NCBI GenBank assembly: GCA_951406725.2
Contig: OX597828.1
Span: forward strand, 34,348,001 to 34,412,000
Length of the DNA stretch: 64,000 bases
Source of the DNA: Octopus vulgaris
Taxonomy: Eukaryota
Direction: 5' to 3'
A program made the translations under genes and the position numbers. Every line of letters starts with the position of its first letter. The first letter of the stretch is position 1. Positions 1 through 13,082 of this stretch are shown piece after piece. Below the pieces are notes generated by a model. It did no database searches and had not been told where the DNA came from. It saw only the letters and a program-made list of their open reading frames with translations.

Positions 1-562
1 AGTATTCGGCATGTTAAAAGGACCATTTTCGGTAAACTTAAACAATATTTGCTTTGGGGGAGCAATTGCTTTGACGAAGACGCATCTTATTAAAATGCTC
101 GCAATGCGGAGTAGATAAAACTGCCAACCGATGATGTTTTTTATGCTGCCTTCGCGCTATAGTTCTCTATTTGTAATTGAAATTCTTTCTTTCCTCTCCT
201 TCAGCGACAAGACGAGACGAGACCCCGGTAATAGTGACGGCAATGGCGCCCAAAGCGAGCTCCGATCGCCATAGCGCTGACTGTGGGCTGGTAGCGGTGG
301 ACAGTCGTCGCAATATCGCCCATAGGGCTGACTGTGTCGTTCTGATCATCATGGGAGTGACTGTGGCCGGGGAGTGATAGAAATTAATAACTTTTATATG
401 TATATATGTGTGTGTGACATGTGGTACAAACGAGGGCTGCGGGATCAAACTCAATTATACATCAATTGTACGAACAGCTTTGTAAATGGCACATACAGGA
501 TTGGTGATGTGAAATACCCAGACTGAGGAAGTCATAAAGACTATGATGATAATCCAGCATGG

Positions 563-621
<59 letters not shown>

Positions 622-716
622 GAGGGTTATAAACTGAATATTAATTTAATTAACATCAATTTCAAACCAGTAGCCTGGCATGTAGAAAATTCTGAAAATT
701 CAGAAAAATTGTTAAA

Positions 717-891
717 CATGCGTATAATAATGGTTGGCCAATAAGTGGACATCCAATATGCTAGAAGAAGATCATCTGCGATCTAACCACAGAGAAAAGA
801 ATTCTTTTCTTTTCTTTGTGCTTAGATCGTAGATGATCTTCTTCTAGCATATTGGATGTCCTCTTAGTGGTCATCCCTTATTATACGCATG
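717..891. repeat. Imperfect hairpin (about 85-bp arms) between (TA)n and (TATG)n tracts
   Basis: CATGCGTATAATAA...GGACATCCAATATGCTAGAAGAAGATCATCT is mirrored by AGATGATCTTCTTCTAGCATATTGGATGTCC...TTATTATACGCATG, centred near GAATTC at 799-804. Confidence 0.9.
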
Positions 892-923
<32 letters not shown>

Positions 924-954
924 TGTATGTATGTATGTATGTATGTATGTATGA

Positions 955-1003
<49 letters not shown>

Positions 1004-1128
1004 AGTAAAGAGTGAAAAAACTACAGAAGGCTTAAATGTTAAAAAATATATATATTTGCGTCAATATGTCTGAAGAATATTAGACATTTTTATTTTTTTA
1101 TTTTTTTCTCTTATAATGACATAATTTA

Positions 1129-1168
1129 GAAGAAAGACCGGTTTCGCGTGTAGCTTTTCAAATTTCTT
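1129..1168 (-). ncRNA. Degenerate minimal hammerhead ribozyme (UUGAAAA core variant) in a PLE 3' UTR
   Basis: Minus strand reads AAGAAAT TTGAAAA GC TACAC GC GAAA CCGG TC TTTCTT: palindromic stem III CCGG, GUC site, downstream of the GIY-YIG fragment on the same strand; stem I is imperfect. Confidence 0.55.
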
Positions 1169-1329
1169 GTGACGTTATGTTTATGTTGAATAGAGTTTTC
1201 GTTATGTTTATGTTCCGGAGAGTTCTAAATAAGGAGAGGTAGTGAGAGATTTCTTCCGGTGTAAGGGAGATAATCGCTTAAAAATTTTTTCCTTTCCCTT
1301 GGTGTGAATTTCTCTGTATCAGTATGTTC

Positions 1330-1808
1330 GGATGGTTGAGTCTGGGCTTGTACTTTTCAATGAAGAATGTTTCCTTGTTTAGTCTAATTTGTGTTGATGA
1401 TCCGAAAGCACATTGGTAAAATGGAAAGATTTAAAATTGTGGTAGTAGTTGCTTTGCGCATTTCTCAATGTGCTCACTAAAAGGTATCATTCTATATTCT
1501 AGGAATGCAATCTGTTGTCGATGCAGTGTGCATCTACGTCTGAGTGATAGTCCCGTGGAACCCACGTAGTCTTGGTGGCAGCCCGAGCATTTTATGACAT
1601 AAATTATGTTTTCAGAGGCACAAGTAAAGTTAGATTTGATCTTGAATTTCTGTCCCTCTTTAAAGAGGAATTCTGATCCTTCTAGCAGGTTAGGACATGT
1701 TGCACAGTTCGATCTACCACATTTTTTTACTTTTGCATCCGTAATTTCAGAAGACAATTTTGCCTTTGTGAGAATCTTTTTAAGTGATTTAGGCTGTTTG
1801 TAATGCAA
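1330..1808 (-). mobile_element. Penelope-like element, GIY-YIG endonuclease fragment (frameshifted)
   Basis: ORF 1431-1808: CGRSNCATC...FTCASENIIYVIKCSGCHQDYVGSTGLSLRRRCTLH; continues in another frame as KETFFIEKYKPRLN. Confidence 0.9.
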
Positions 1809-2545
1809 ACCTAGCCTTTTCTATGGTCTGCCAAAAATTCATAAAAGTCAAATTATAAATAAAACCATTAAAAAATCACCAAAGACATACATACACACAC
1901 CTAACCCGGGGGACCTAAAACTACGACCCATTGTAGCTGACCCAACCTGTGAAACACACAGACTAAGTCTACTTATGGACATCCTCCTGAAACCCTTCCT
2001 TAAACATATCGATAGCCATATCAGAGATGACTTAGATATGTTAAACCACCTTCCAAAAAAAGCCAAGGAAGAAACAATCCTGGTTTCATTTGATGTAGTT
2101 AACTTATATACCAGTATACCTCATAATTATGGACTGGAGGCAATACAGTTCTGGTTAGACCAATTTCCGGAAGAAATACCAAAAAGGATCAGTAAAGAAT
2201 TCATTACTAAATCAATTGAATTCATCCTACACAATAACCACTTCATGTTTGACAATACATTTTACCGTCAAAAATCCGGAATTGCTATGGGTACAAGGGC
2301 AGCACCAGTCATTGCGAACTTAACAATGGGATACATGGAAATAATCATTTACCAGGAATCTTTATCAATCTTTGGAAACCCCCCTCTCAATACATAAAAG
2401 AGAATTGGAAACGATTCTTAGACGATTGTTTTATTCTCTGGAATGAAAACACAGATAAACTCCTAAAATTTAAAAACCTATTGAACAGCATAAACCCAAA
2501 TATACAGTTCACAATGGAATACAACCAAAAGGAGCTCCCGTTCTT
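1803..2545 (+). mobile_element. Penelope-like element, reverse transcriptase fragment
   Basis: FYGLPKIHK...LRPIV, then ORF 1975-2397 with SFDVVNLYTSIP and YRQKSGIAMGTRAAP, then frameshifted WKRFLDDCF and NPNIQFTME. Confidence 0.92.
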
Positions 2546-3604
2546 ACCCTCTCTCCAATATATAAAGAAGTTTTAAATCATCATCTGTTGTCTTCAGGCG
2601 TAATTGTCCTGGGGGCGGGGGTGTTATTGTCCATGGGGTTAATGTCCTAGACTAGTTTTAATGTGCTACTAATAGTTTCATATGTTGAGAAATGCCTCAA
2701 ACATATTCATCAGGCACAAACCACATACCATAATATATGCACACACATACGTACAATCATTTGTACACACATCCATAAGTGTATGTGTGTATAGATGTGT
2801 ACGTGTATATGTGCATATAAATGCATATTATCGAAGGTGTTGCGATCTCACGACGGAGAGCTCAAAACTCAAAAGCGTGACATGGGGGCACTGGGTGTTT
2901 ATAGTACAAAACAAACAAAGATCTTTATCAGGTTATGCATACATATATACATGTATGCTTGAATACATGCAGGCACACATACATACATTTATATATGTTT
3001 GTGTGCGTACTTGTATGCACACATACATACATACATATATACATATATACATACATGCATGCATACATACATATATACATGCATACATACATACATACAT
3101 ATATGCTTACATACATGCACGCACACATACACATATACATACATGTATGCGTGCATACATGCATGTACACATACATACATACATACATACATGTATGCGT
3201 ACATACATGCATGCACACATACATACATATATACATACACACACATACATATAACACGTGAGTAATATTTGCTGTTTTTTTGTTTGTTTTAGTAATTTCT
3301 CTCAAAATGTTTTCATAAGCCACACAGTCCGAGTAATTATCTAAAACGTGACACTACCTAGCTGAGATAGCATAAGAAATAACGGATAATAAATCTTTCT
3401 GTGCAAAATTAATTTTCGTGATTAATAATTATCTGAATAAAGTGGTGATTTGTTGCCAACTTATTTGGGCAGTCCCAAGACGGAAAAATGCTACTGCTAT
3501 TCAGCCCAAGAAACACAGTTTCTAGATGGCTACGTGACACAAGCATTCTGTGTCCTTAAGTTCAAACAGGGGAGATAAGCACCTCTGCTCAACAATGCCA
3601 GCAA

Positions 3605-3645
3605 CCAGAGACTAGTTTCAGGGTAATTGTCCTTCATCAGTCTGG
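3605..3645 (-). ncRNA. Minimal type-I hammerhead ribozyme, canonical core
   Basis: Minus strand: CCAGA CTGATGA AGG ACAATTAC CCT GAAA CTAG TC TCTGG (stem I 5 bp, stem II 3 bp, palindromic stem III, GUC site). Confidence 0.85.
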
Positions 3646-4664
3646 AGTAGCTTGGCCTTGCTAGCTGTCGGTGTTAAAACCCGATGTTGAAAACTTGTAA
3701 ATGATGGAGAGAATCTTGTAAAATGCCATGTGGTGAAATGGAGTGCTGACCTATAACAAGTTGAAATCAGAACTTAAATAGCTGCAACTAAATGCCCCAC
3801 GGGACATGTTGCCGTTTGTCCAACGTGCCTATCGATTACTCTAATCGATCTCCTTCAAGGTTTTCCAGTAACAGTAGTTCACAGCACAGACGTAAGGCTT
3901 TGATTTTTGTTTTTCTCAAGGGCATAAGCGGCATAACATAACGCAGAGATTCTTAGTAATATCAAACTGAGAACTTTTGCTCGTTATACAACCCTGCTTA
4001 ATTGCCCCTATTCCCATTTCCCACCACCTCTCCTATCAAATTAGGGTTAGTTTTAATACGGAAGAAATATGACCTGTCATGTTTACAGTTTGGGAGGGGA
4101 TTAGAAAAATCTTCGTATTTATCAGCAGGGAACGTCCGCTGTATGACTACTCAGTCAGCACGCACGTAACCCCATACACACACACACGCATACATACATA
4201 CATACATACATACATACATACATACATACATACATACATACATACATACATACATACAAACACATACATATATATATATATATATACATACGCATACACG
4301 CATACATACATACATACATACATACAGAAACACATACATATACATATATACATACGCATACACGCATACATACATATATAACATTCCTACATACATACGC
4401 ACATACATACATAACATACTTGTATGCATGCATACATACATAAATACATAACATACATACACAACATATACATAACACACATACATAACATACATATATA
4501 ACACATACACACGCACACACACATACATAACATAACATAACATACATAGATGTGTGTGCGTGTATGAAATTACATGCCTGTGTAAATATATTTCTTTTAC
4601 ATATTTGTTTTATTGCAAAACAAATTTACGGAACATTACTGAACTAACATGACTGAAACATCAG

Positions 4665-4722
<58 letters not shown>

Positions 4723-4943
4723 CCCGTATTTACTTTATATTAATTCAATATCTGTCTCTGTCTGTCTGTCTGTCTCTATCTATCGCTACGTCACTCCTTC
4801 TCTCTCTATCAATTACTCATTCTTTGTAACGAATTTTATAGTTTATAGTTACACACACACACACACACACACACACAAGATGACCCCACAGCAAAAAAAA
4901 CAACCCAAAAAAGGGTGTTTACATATATAGAATGATAAAAAAC

Positions 4944-6065
4944 TCAGAGTTTATTAAAATACATTTCATTTTCAAGACTCAATAAAATCTGCTGAAAAAA
5001 ACAAGTTGTTTTATGAATGCCGGTTTTCAAATTGATGATCTTACTGGTTCGGACACTTCTGGTAACGTGAAGCAAAGGAGTTGTTAACATCAAGAAACAT
5101 TTTGTTCGGTATTTGAACGCGTTCTCATTCAATGGCTGCCCTCAGTTTGTCGACTGTTGCAGGTTTTCTACCGTGTTCTTCAACTTTTAAGTATTCCCAT
5201 AAGAAAAAGTTTAATGGCGTGAGGTCCGGTGAACGCGGAGTGTTGTACTGAACTTCTTCGTTCAAGCTCCCCGTTTGACAAAATCTCGTCCCTTTCATTA
5301 CTTTAGGAGTGTGTCTTGCTGGAAATAAAACTCTACACCTTTATTCTCTAGAAAAACGCCGCCGCCGTGGTGATCTCATTCTCGCCCACAACATCATAAG
5401 CGGAAAGTGTAACCTCTCGAAAGAGCTGTTCTTCACTCCTGCTCCAGAGCGTCGGCTGCGGGGTCATTCCGAAAAGCTCTACCTGCGACGATTTCATCTC
5501 AATCGAAGGAGAGGAGCTTTCTCCGTCCGGGTTGCGGATCCGTGGAACAAGCTGCCAGACGAGATGGTGAAGATGCCGACGACCGCTTTGTTCAAAGCCT
5601 CCCTTGACCTCAAGTGGCCTGAACTCTTTACATGAACACCACCCTGTACTTAACTCCATGTCCCCCTACATGGCCTTGCTATTTGCTTTTGAGCCAAATT
5701 AACTAACTAACATATTCAAAGTCTTCTCGAACCAATCTGAGTACTGTCAAAAAGGAAGGGTCCAATTAATTAATCCTTTTGATGATAAGCCACACGGATG
5801 TTTCACCTCTGTGATTCTCAAGAATCCTGTAGGTGCAGAAGGCGAGCTTCAGTGAGCTTATTGATTTAAATGCAACATGATCAATCCAAACGCTCGTTAT
5901 TAGAATGTGTGCATCTTCTACATATTTTGCCAAGTAAACCTGCGCAAAACTCTACTCTACGATCTGGGTCAGCTTCATTGAGATCGTCAGCTAGTTTTTG
6001 GAATGTAACTTTTCGAATGATAGTGCTTCAGAATGCGACTATGCTTTACTTTGGAATTCTTGCCT
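4944..6065 (-). mobile_element. Decayed Tc1/mariner-superfamily transposase, interrupted by a LINE fragment
   Basis: Minus-strand PRSPDLTPLNFFLWEYLK near 5185-5240, LIGPFLFD near 5750-5770 and EADPDRRVEFC near 5940-5980; many stops. Confidence 0.75.
5305..5711 (+). mobile_element. 3' fragment of a CR1-group LINE with (TAAC)n tail
   Basis: ORF 5309-5635 LYSLEKRRRRGDLI...RLRGHSEKL...FSVRVADPWNKLP is the typical CR1/L2 ORF2 C-terminus; short repeat tail at about 5700. Confidence 0.88.
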
Positions 6066-6199
6066 GACAACTCATGTCTGAGTCCTTGGGTTTGTGTTCT
6101 CTACAATAGTCTCACGCAGACCAAAGCCTTGTGAGTGGATTTTGCAGACGAAAGATGGAAGAAGACCATTGTGTGTGTGTGTGTGTGTGTGTGTGTATA

Positions 6200-6308
<109 letters not shown>

Positions 6309-6849
6309 TATGTATGTATTATGCATGTGCGCGTGTGTCTATGTCTATGCGCGTGTGTCTGTGAGAGTGCGTGTGTGTGTGTGTATTCTTGCCTTGACAT
6401 CGTGCGATGGTTGTCAGCGAGTGTAACTGTCATAGAAGCGATGTTTGTTTCCAGTCTTCCATGAAAAACATATCTGGCTAATGGTGAAATAATGTATTTT
6501 TTGGAAGCGGGTGAAAGCTGGCAATAGGAAGGGTACCCGGCCATAGAAAATCTGCTTTAAAAATTCTGTCTGATCCATGCAAGCATTGAAGAGTAAACGT
6601 TAAATAATGATGATGATAATGATGATGCATTCATACACACATACATACATACATACATACATACATACACACACACATACATACATACATACATACATAC
6701 ATACATACATACATACATACATACATACATACATACATACATACATACATACATAAATGCACACAAACACAGACATGCGTTTTTACATTTCACTCAGGTT
6801 TTAACTACTGAAGTATGCCTATACTGGAACATCTGTGTGTGTGTGTGTG

Positions 6850-6880
<31 letters not shown>

Positions 6881-7210
6881 CTGTCTGTCTGTCTGTCTGT
6901 GTATTATGCGGAAATACGTATGTATGTATGTATATATATATATAAATATAGCAAATAAGTAACAAGGATGTCAAGGTATTAATGCAATACGGCCGTTTCA
7001 AGCAGCTCTATTTAATCGAACAATACAAGCATTACATCAATTTAAAATATAGATTTTCAACAGACAGGACACTCTATGATTTTTAGCAAATATTTCGTCA
7101 GAGATAGAGAATGAAAAAATTCCATACTGCTATTATTGTAGCAGAATAAACTTAAGAAAATCAATATTTTTGCAACTGAAGATGGCGGTGTATTTCAAAT
7201 ATATACATAC

Positions 7211-7274
<64 letters not shown>

Positions 7275-8885
7275 GTTTAAATATTTGTTGTGCAAGATTT
7301 TTATGTGAAGTCGTGTGTTGAAACAGATATTGTTATATTTCGGAATGGTCATATTGCCAGTTTAGCAATAAAAACACACGCACTATATATTTGGTGTTAT
7401 TTTGCTTCAGTGATATTTATTTTACATTAATCTTAATCTTATTTCGGCCAAGTTCTTCGTCACACTGTACCCATCAGTGGTCCTTTGTTTTCTCACTTAC
7501 TTGTGTCCCCTTACTAATCGTCAGCCATTTTGTATTTCTATTGTATGTCTTCATATGCTTATATCTCTATGTGCGTCTATGTTTATTTAGTGTGTGGGGG
7601 ATGCCTGTAATATTTGTATCTTCTGGTTATATACATTCTTGTAATTTGTATTTTGTTTTTGTTGTTGTTGCTTTTGTTCTAATTTTATTCATGTGTTATC
7701 ACATTATTATCATTACATATCTTGTATGTATGTATAACAACAATATTAGTAATAATAATAATAAATCTAATCGAGAAAAAAAAAAAAAAGAATATACATA
7801 TACATATATATATATACATACATATGCATATATATATATATATATATATACATATATACACACATATATACACATATACATATATATAGATATTCATTTC
7901 TATTTCTTTATTACCTGTGTATTTATTATGTTTGCAGGATCCACTATTGTCATATGTTGTGGTGTGCGCATTGCTCCATTCTAGTTTTCTATTCAGGCTA
8001 GGTTTATTTTCTATTATATGTGTAGTTTGTAATTTGTCTAATTGTTGCATCTGTTCTATGTGTGACAATATCTTAATCTCTATGTTATTGATTGATCCCC
8101 GTGTCTTGTTGGCGTGTTGGTACAGAATCGATGAGCTTTACCTTCCTTGAGTTGTCTCCAATGTTCATTCACCCGCTCACCAATGCTTCTTGCAGTTTCC
8201 CTACGTATGTTACTGTCTTGTTACTGCATCGTCCCTCTATACATCTTATACTATAGACCACATTTCTGGCTTACAGTTCGTTTGGGTAAATCTACATACA
8301 GTGCAATAGTTATCCGTACAGAGAGTTCTACTAAAAGGATAGGTTCTACCAATTATAGATCTGATAGGTTCTGGCTTTTCAACAACCTTAATTCTTAGTT
8401 TAGTTTATCTAGGGTCCTTCTAAAGCGGTACGTAGTTCACCTCCAGGGGTGGTGTCAACGAACATGACACCTGGTATTTATATCATACCAATTCCTTCCT
8501 TATTTTTTTTTGTCCTTTCTATAGTGTTCCATGACTTGTTCCTATAGAGTGGGCAAATCCATTCCTATCATTACATAATATATTATCAAATTTCTTCGTG
8601 GCCTTTGTATACTCTGATCCTTTCTTTATGGCTGTAACCTGAGAACTGCATGCGGTGAATGAAATACTGTATGTGTCTCTTTAATTCTGTAGGCTCACAT
8701 GCGTGACACATTTCTCATTATTCTGACGAGGTCTGCCATCAAAATATTGAATTTGGCATTGCCCGCAATGGCTGAGTTCCGTGGATCAGGTATTTTGAGG
8801 CCATAGGTTTATAGTATGAATGAAGGATTTGGGTTTATTTTACAATTTCTAGCCAGAGTTCAGTGTCTAGTACTGGTAGTCTATG
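7275..8885 (-). mobile_element. Penelope-like element 3' part (RT thumb, GIY-YIG endonuclease, 3' UTR), frameshifted
   Basis: Minus-strand peptides LPVLDTELW, YYKPMASKYLIH, HRMQFSGY, VMFVDTTPGGEL, ARNVVYSIRC, YVG, IENKPSLNRKLEW. Confidence 0.85.
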
Positions 8886-8899
8886 GTTGGGGTGTTTAG

Positions 8900-10136
8900 T
8901 GCAGTTCTCAGGTTCAGCCATAAAGAAGGATCAGAGTATACAAAGGAGCCACGAAGAAATTTGATAATATATTATGTAATGATAGGAATGGATTTACTCT
9001 ATAGGAACAAGTCATGGAACACTATAGAAAGGACAAAAAAAAAAAAAGAAAATAAGGAAGGCCAACTCTGGTATGATAGCCATAAATACCAGAGTGTCAT
9101 GTTCGTTGACACCACTGAGTGAACTAGCGTACCCTTTAGAAGGACCTGATAAACTTAAACTAAATTAAGGTTGTTGAAAAGCCAGCACCTATCAGATCTA
9201 TAATTGGTAGAACCTATCCTTTAGTAGAACTCTCTGTGGATAACTATTGCACTATGTAGATTTACCACAAACGACTGTAAAGCCAGAAATGTGGTCTATA
9301 GTATAAGATGTATAGAGGACGATCAAGAAGTACATACGTAGAAACTGCAAACATTGGTGACAAGGTAAAAGCTCATCATTCTGCCAACAAAACACACGGG
9401 GATCAATCAATAACATAGGATTAAGATATCCACACATGAACAGTGCAACAATTAGACAAATTACAGAAGCTACACATATAATAGAAAATAAACCTAGCCT
9501 GAATAGAAAACTAGAATGGAGCAATAGCCACACCACAACATATGACAATAGTGGATCCTCAAACATAATAAATACACAGGTAATTAAAGAAATAGAAATG
9601 AATATCTATATATATGTATATGTGTATATATGTTTATATATGTATATATATATATATATGTATATGCATATGTATGTATATATATATATATGTATATGTA
9701 TATTCTTTTTTTTTTTTTCTCGATTAGATTTATTATTATTATTACTAATATTGTTGTTATACATACATCAAGCATATGTAATGATAATGGGTGGATGTAA
9801 ACACATGAATAAAATTAGAACAAAAGCAACAACAACAAAAACAAATAAAATTACAAAATGTATATAACCAGAAGATACAAATATTACAGATCCCCACACA
9901 CTAAATAAACATGACGCACATAAGTATAAGCACAAATGGACATACAATAAATACAAAATGGCTGACGATTAGTAAGAGAGACACAAGTAAGTGAGAAAAC
10001 AAGGACCACTGATGCTAGGATGTGACAAAGACTTGCCGAATAAGATTAAGATTAATGTAAAAATAAATATCACTGAACAAAATAACCAAATATAGTGCGT
10101 GTGTTTATTGCTAAACTGGCAATATGACCATTCGAA

Positions 10137-10142
<6 letters not shown>
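8900..10142 (+). mobile_element. Inverted second copy of the same PLE segment
   Basis: Reverse complement of about 7335-8650; ORF 9436 contains ATIRQITEATHIIENKPSLNRKLEWSN. Confidence 0.88.
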
Positions 10143-10184
<42 letters not shown>

Positions 10185-10206
10185 AATACATACATACATA
10201 CATACA

Positions 10207-10254
<48 letters not shown>

Positions 10255-11060
10255 GCAATTGACACAATTTCTTCGGACGCAGATCCATGGTCTCTCGAGA
10301 CGACAGATGCCTGCAAGAGACTAATAGATACACATACATGCATACATATCGATTTTTCTGATTATTCGATTTGAAAACTGATTTCTATTCGTTCCACACA
10401 TGACTCTTCTCGACATGTGTAGTGGTAATTTGTAAATCACATCGTAATAATTAAATTTATACGATTTTATTATACCAATATCGACATTTAATAATGGTGT
10501 TAATCCATACATGTGCTGTCGGGAGGATATACTTGATTGCATCGATCTCTGTACACGACATGCTTTATATTTATTATATATGTATGTTATTATGTAGTTT
10601 TATTTCTAGATTTCTCGCCAATGGAGAAAGAGTCAGTTTCTAACCAACGCCCACGGCTCCTTTATTGGAATTTCAACAACATCAATAGGGCAATTATGTA
10701 TGCGTGTATATAAATGTGAGTATTTGCAGTCACTACATGTTTTGTTTTATGCATGTATACTCAAACATATTTGCATGTAAAGACATGTATATAAATGCTA
10801 GATTTTTGGAAAGTTTTGCGTATTATGACAGTTCCACTGATGTATGTATGTATATACGTACATACACACAAACATACATACATACATATATATATATATA
10901 TGTATATATATCACAAAATTGTCCGACAAACGAGAACGTGTAACTCTGAGCAACAACTTTTGTTATATTTCTGCTGCTTTTAAATAAAGCATATTACTCT
11001 ATCTCTGGTATTTGAGTACTCTTTTTTCCACCTTGTTTCACATTTAGGTGCTTGCTCTGG

Positions 11061-11102
<42 letters not shown>

Positions 11103-12679
11103 AAAAATACTGTGAAAATGTAATAATTCATCTTCAGAGAATAAATGCTTTCGTATCATAGTTTGTGAAAATATCCTGATGCACGTATTCATAAGGTAAG
11201 TTTGACATATAGAACACAAATAAAAAGGAGAGAAGTGAAAAAAAAAAAAAGGGATCACATGTTTGTTCGTGTCTTTTGTACAGAAAAATGCTTTAGTGTA
11301 TATAGGTTTGTGTATGTTGCGGCTAAAAGAAATTTTGTAGTAGAAGAGAAAAAAAAATCATATTTAACGGGACAGGATCAGGTTTACGCTGATATTCAGC
11401 TCCGAGGAAGCTGTAGGATGCTGCACAAACACTCGGCTCTGAGTGTACTTCTTCTTATAGCAAAAGCCCGATGTAAATGAAGGTGATTACGTAACTGCTA
11501 CTTTTTTGTAATGCATTCATCGATATTACGCGATGTACTTTCCTGACGCTTTACTCCTAAACATTTTGACAAATGTAACAAAGGCGGAGTTATGGCAGAA
11601 GCAATCCATATCGTAATTTTGTGCTCTAGAAATTTTCTTTGGATTTCTATGTTTAAAATACAATAATAATTACTTTAAGCCAGTACAATTTATTGAAGAG
11701 ATTCAGCTTAAATAAAGTGAAATCAACAAAAAGATATTACAGGACAATGATTTTACCTCAAACGTTAGACGTCTTCTGGAAGACTGCACTTTAAAAGGCC
11801 TCCTACAACCTTAAGGCCACAACTGCTGTACCTCTGTTTAAGACTTTCTGATTCGTACAAATTGTACGGTTCTAATCACAATATGTATTTACTAATATTG
11901 ATTTCATATAGAAGTAGCTTTCTTTAACATGATCTGAATGACTAACAAGAACTGAAGAGGTATATTTTTTTATGCTGTATGTTTTATGCTTGCCTTTGAA
12001 CAGCCGATAAATAATCACTGTTTTCTTGTTCAATAAACAGAAAAACTATCGAGCAAAGATGTTTCTCTTTCCGTAAAAAGGAAAAAAGAAAAAAAATGTC
12101 TTTAATGCCAAAGTATTTCCCCTTTCATTCGCTCTTGATAGCAAATTGAGATCCATTATTTCATCTATTAATTCCAGGCTGAATAAATAACTTTGGTTTC
12201 CATGGAGCAAGACGGTTTTCGGTTGAAATCTTGCCGTCTTTTTTCTATTGTTATCTCTCCAAATGGATTCCGCTTTTAGAGAGTGGAAATGTGTGTATGT
12301 GAACGCTTGGGTGGTTGAAAGTAAGTGTTAGCGGTATTGGACTACGTTATACTATAATACTGCTAGATAATATAGATGCAGTGGTACTGTACTGCAACTG
12401 GTGTGTCCCTTCAACAGTCACTGGAACCCCATTGTCGGGCGACGTTAATATGGACTCTATCAAATCTTGCTAACCCATCTAAAACCTAGCAATCTATAAA
12501 ATGGAGCTTGTATTTGACTGGTGCCTTAAAATTATAGATCTCAGAAAAATTAACGCCAAAATTAACCTCGGTATTATTTGAATCGGAACAAATATCACAA
12601 GGAATTTTGTCAGATACCCCGCTCCCCGATTCTGTTAATCCAACCCATCCTTTTAAAGTCTTTGTTATCCATATCTTTT

Positions 12680-13082
12680 ATCTTTTACGTGCTTCAGTCA
12701 TTGAACCGCGGCCACGCTGGAGCATCGCATTGAGGAGTTCAGTCAAAAAAATGCCATCAGTATTTTTTTAGTCTGGTACTATCGGTCTCTTTGCCGAAAC
12801 ACTAAGTTGCGGGGACGTAAACAAACTAGAAACGGTTGTTAAGGGGAAAACACAAATACACGCAGATACATACCTACATACAATCAATCAATTTTCGAAC
12901 CTTATTGGGTCCGTGTTGGACTTCCAGGGTCCGTCTACCGAATTCATTCACAACACATTAGTTAGCGGCCTGGTGGGTATTAGAGAAAACGCTGGAAAAC
13001 ACTTGCTTAAGGATCCGCAAAGTGGGACTGAACACGAAACCTGTGACTGCAAATGAGCCTCTTAACTGCACAGCTATGTCTT
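12680..13082 (-). mobile_element. tRNA-derived SINE, family B (diverged copy)
   Basis: TTCAGTCATTGAACCGCGGCCACGCTGGAGCA tail, CTAAGTTGCGGGGACGTAAAC body and AGTGGGACTGAAC B-box-like head shared with the copies at 21.0, 29.1 and 37.0 kb. Confidence 0.75.

Noticed and set aside
518-545. CCAGA CTGAGGA AGTC ATAAA GACT, an HHR-like 5' half
   Set aside because: No GAAA, stem III or stem I partner follows
8720-8755. CTGACGA GGT...ATC AAAA
   Set aside because: No GAAA or stem I; lies antisense within PLE RT coding sequence
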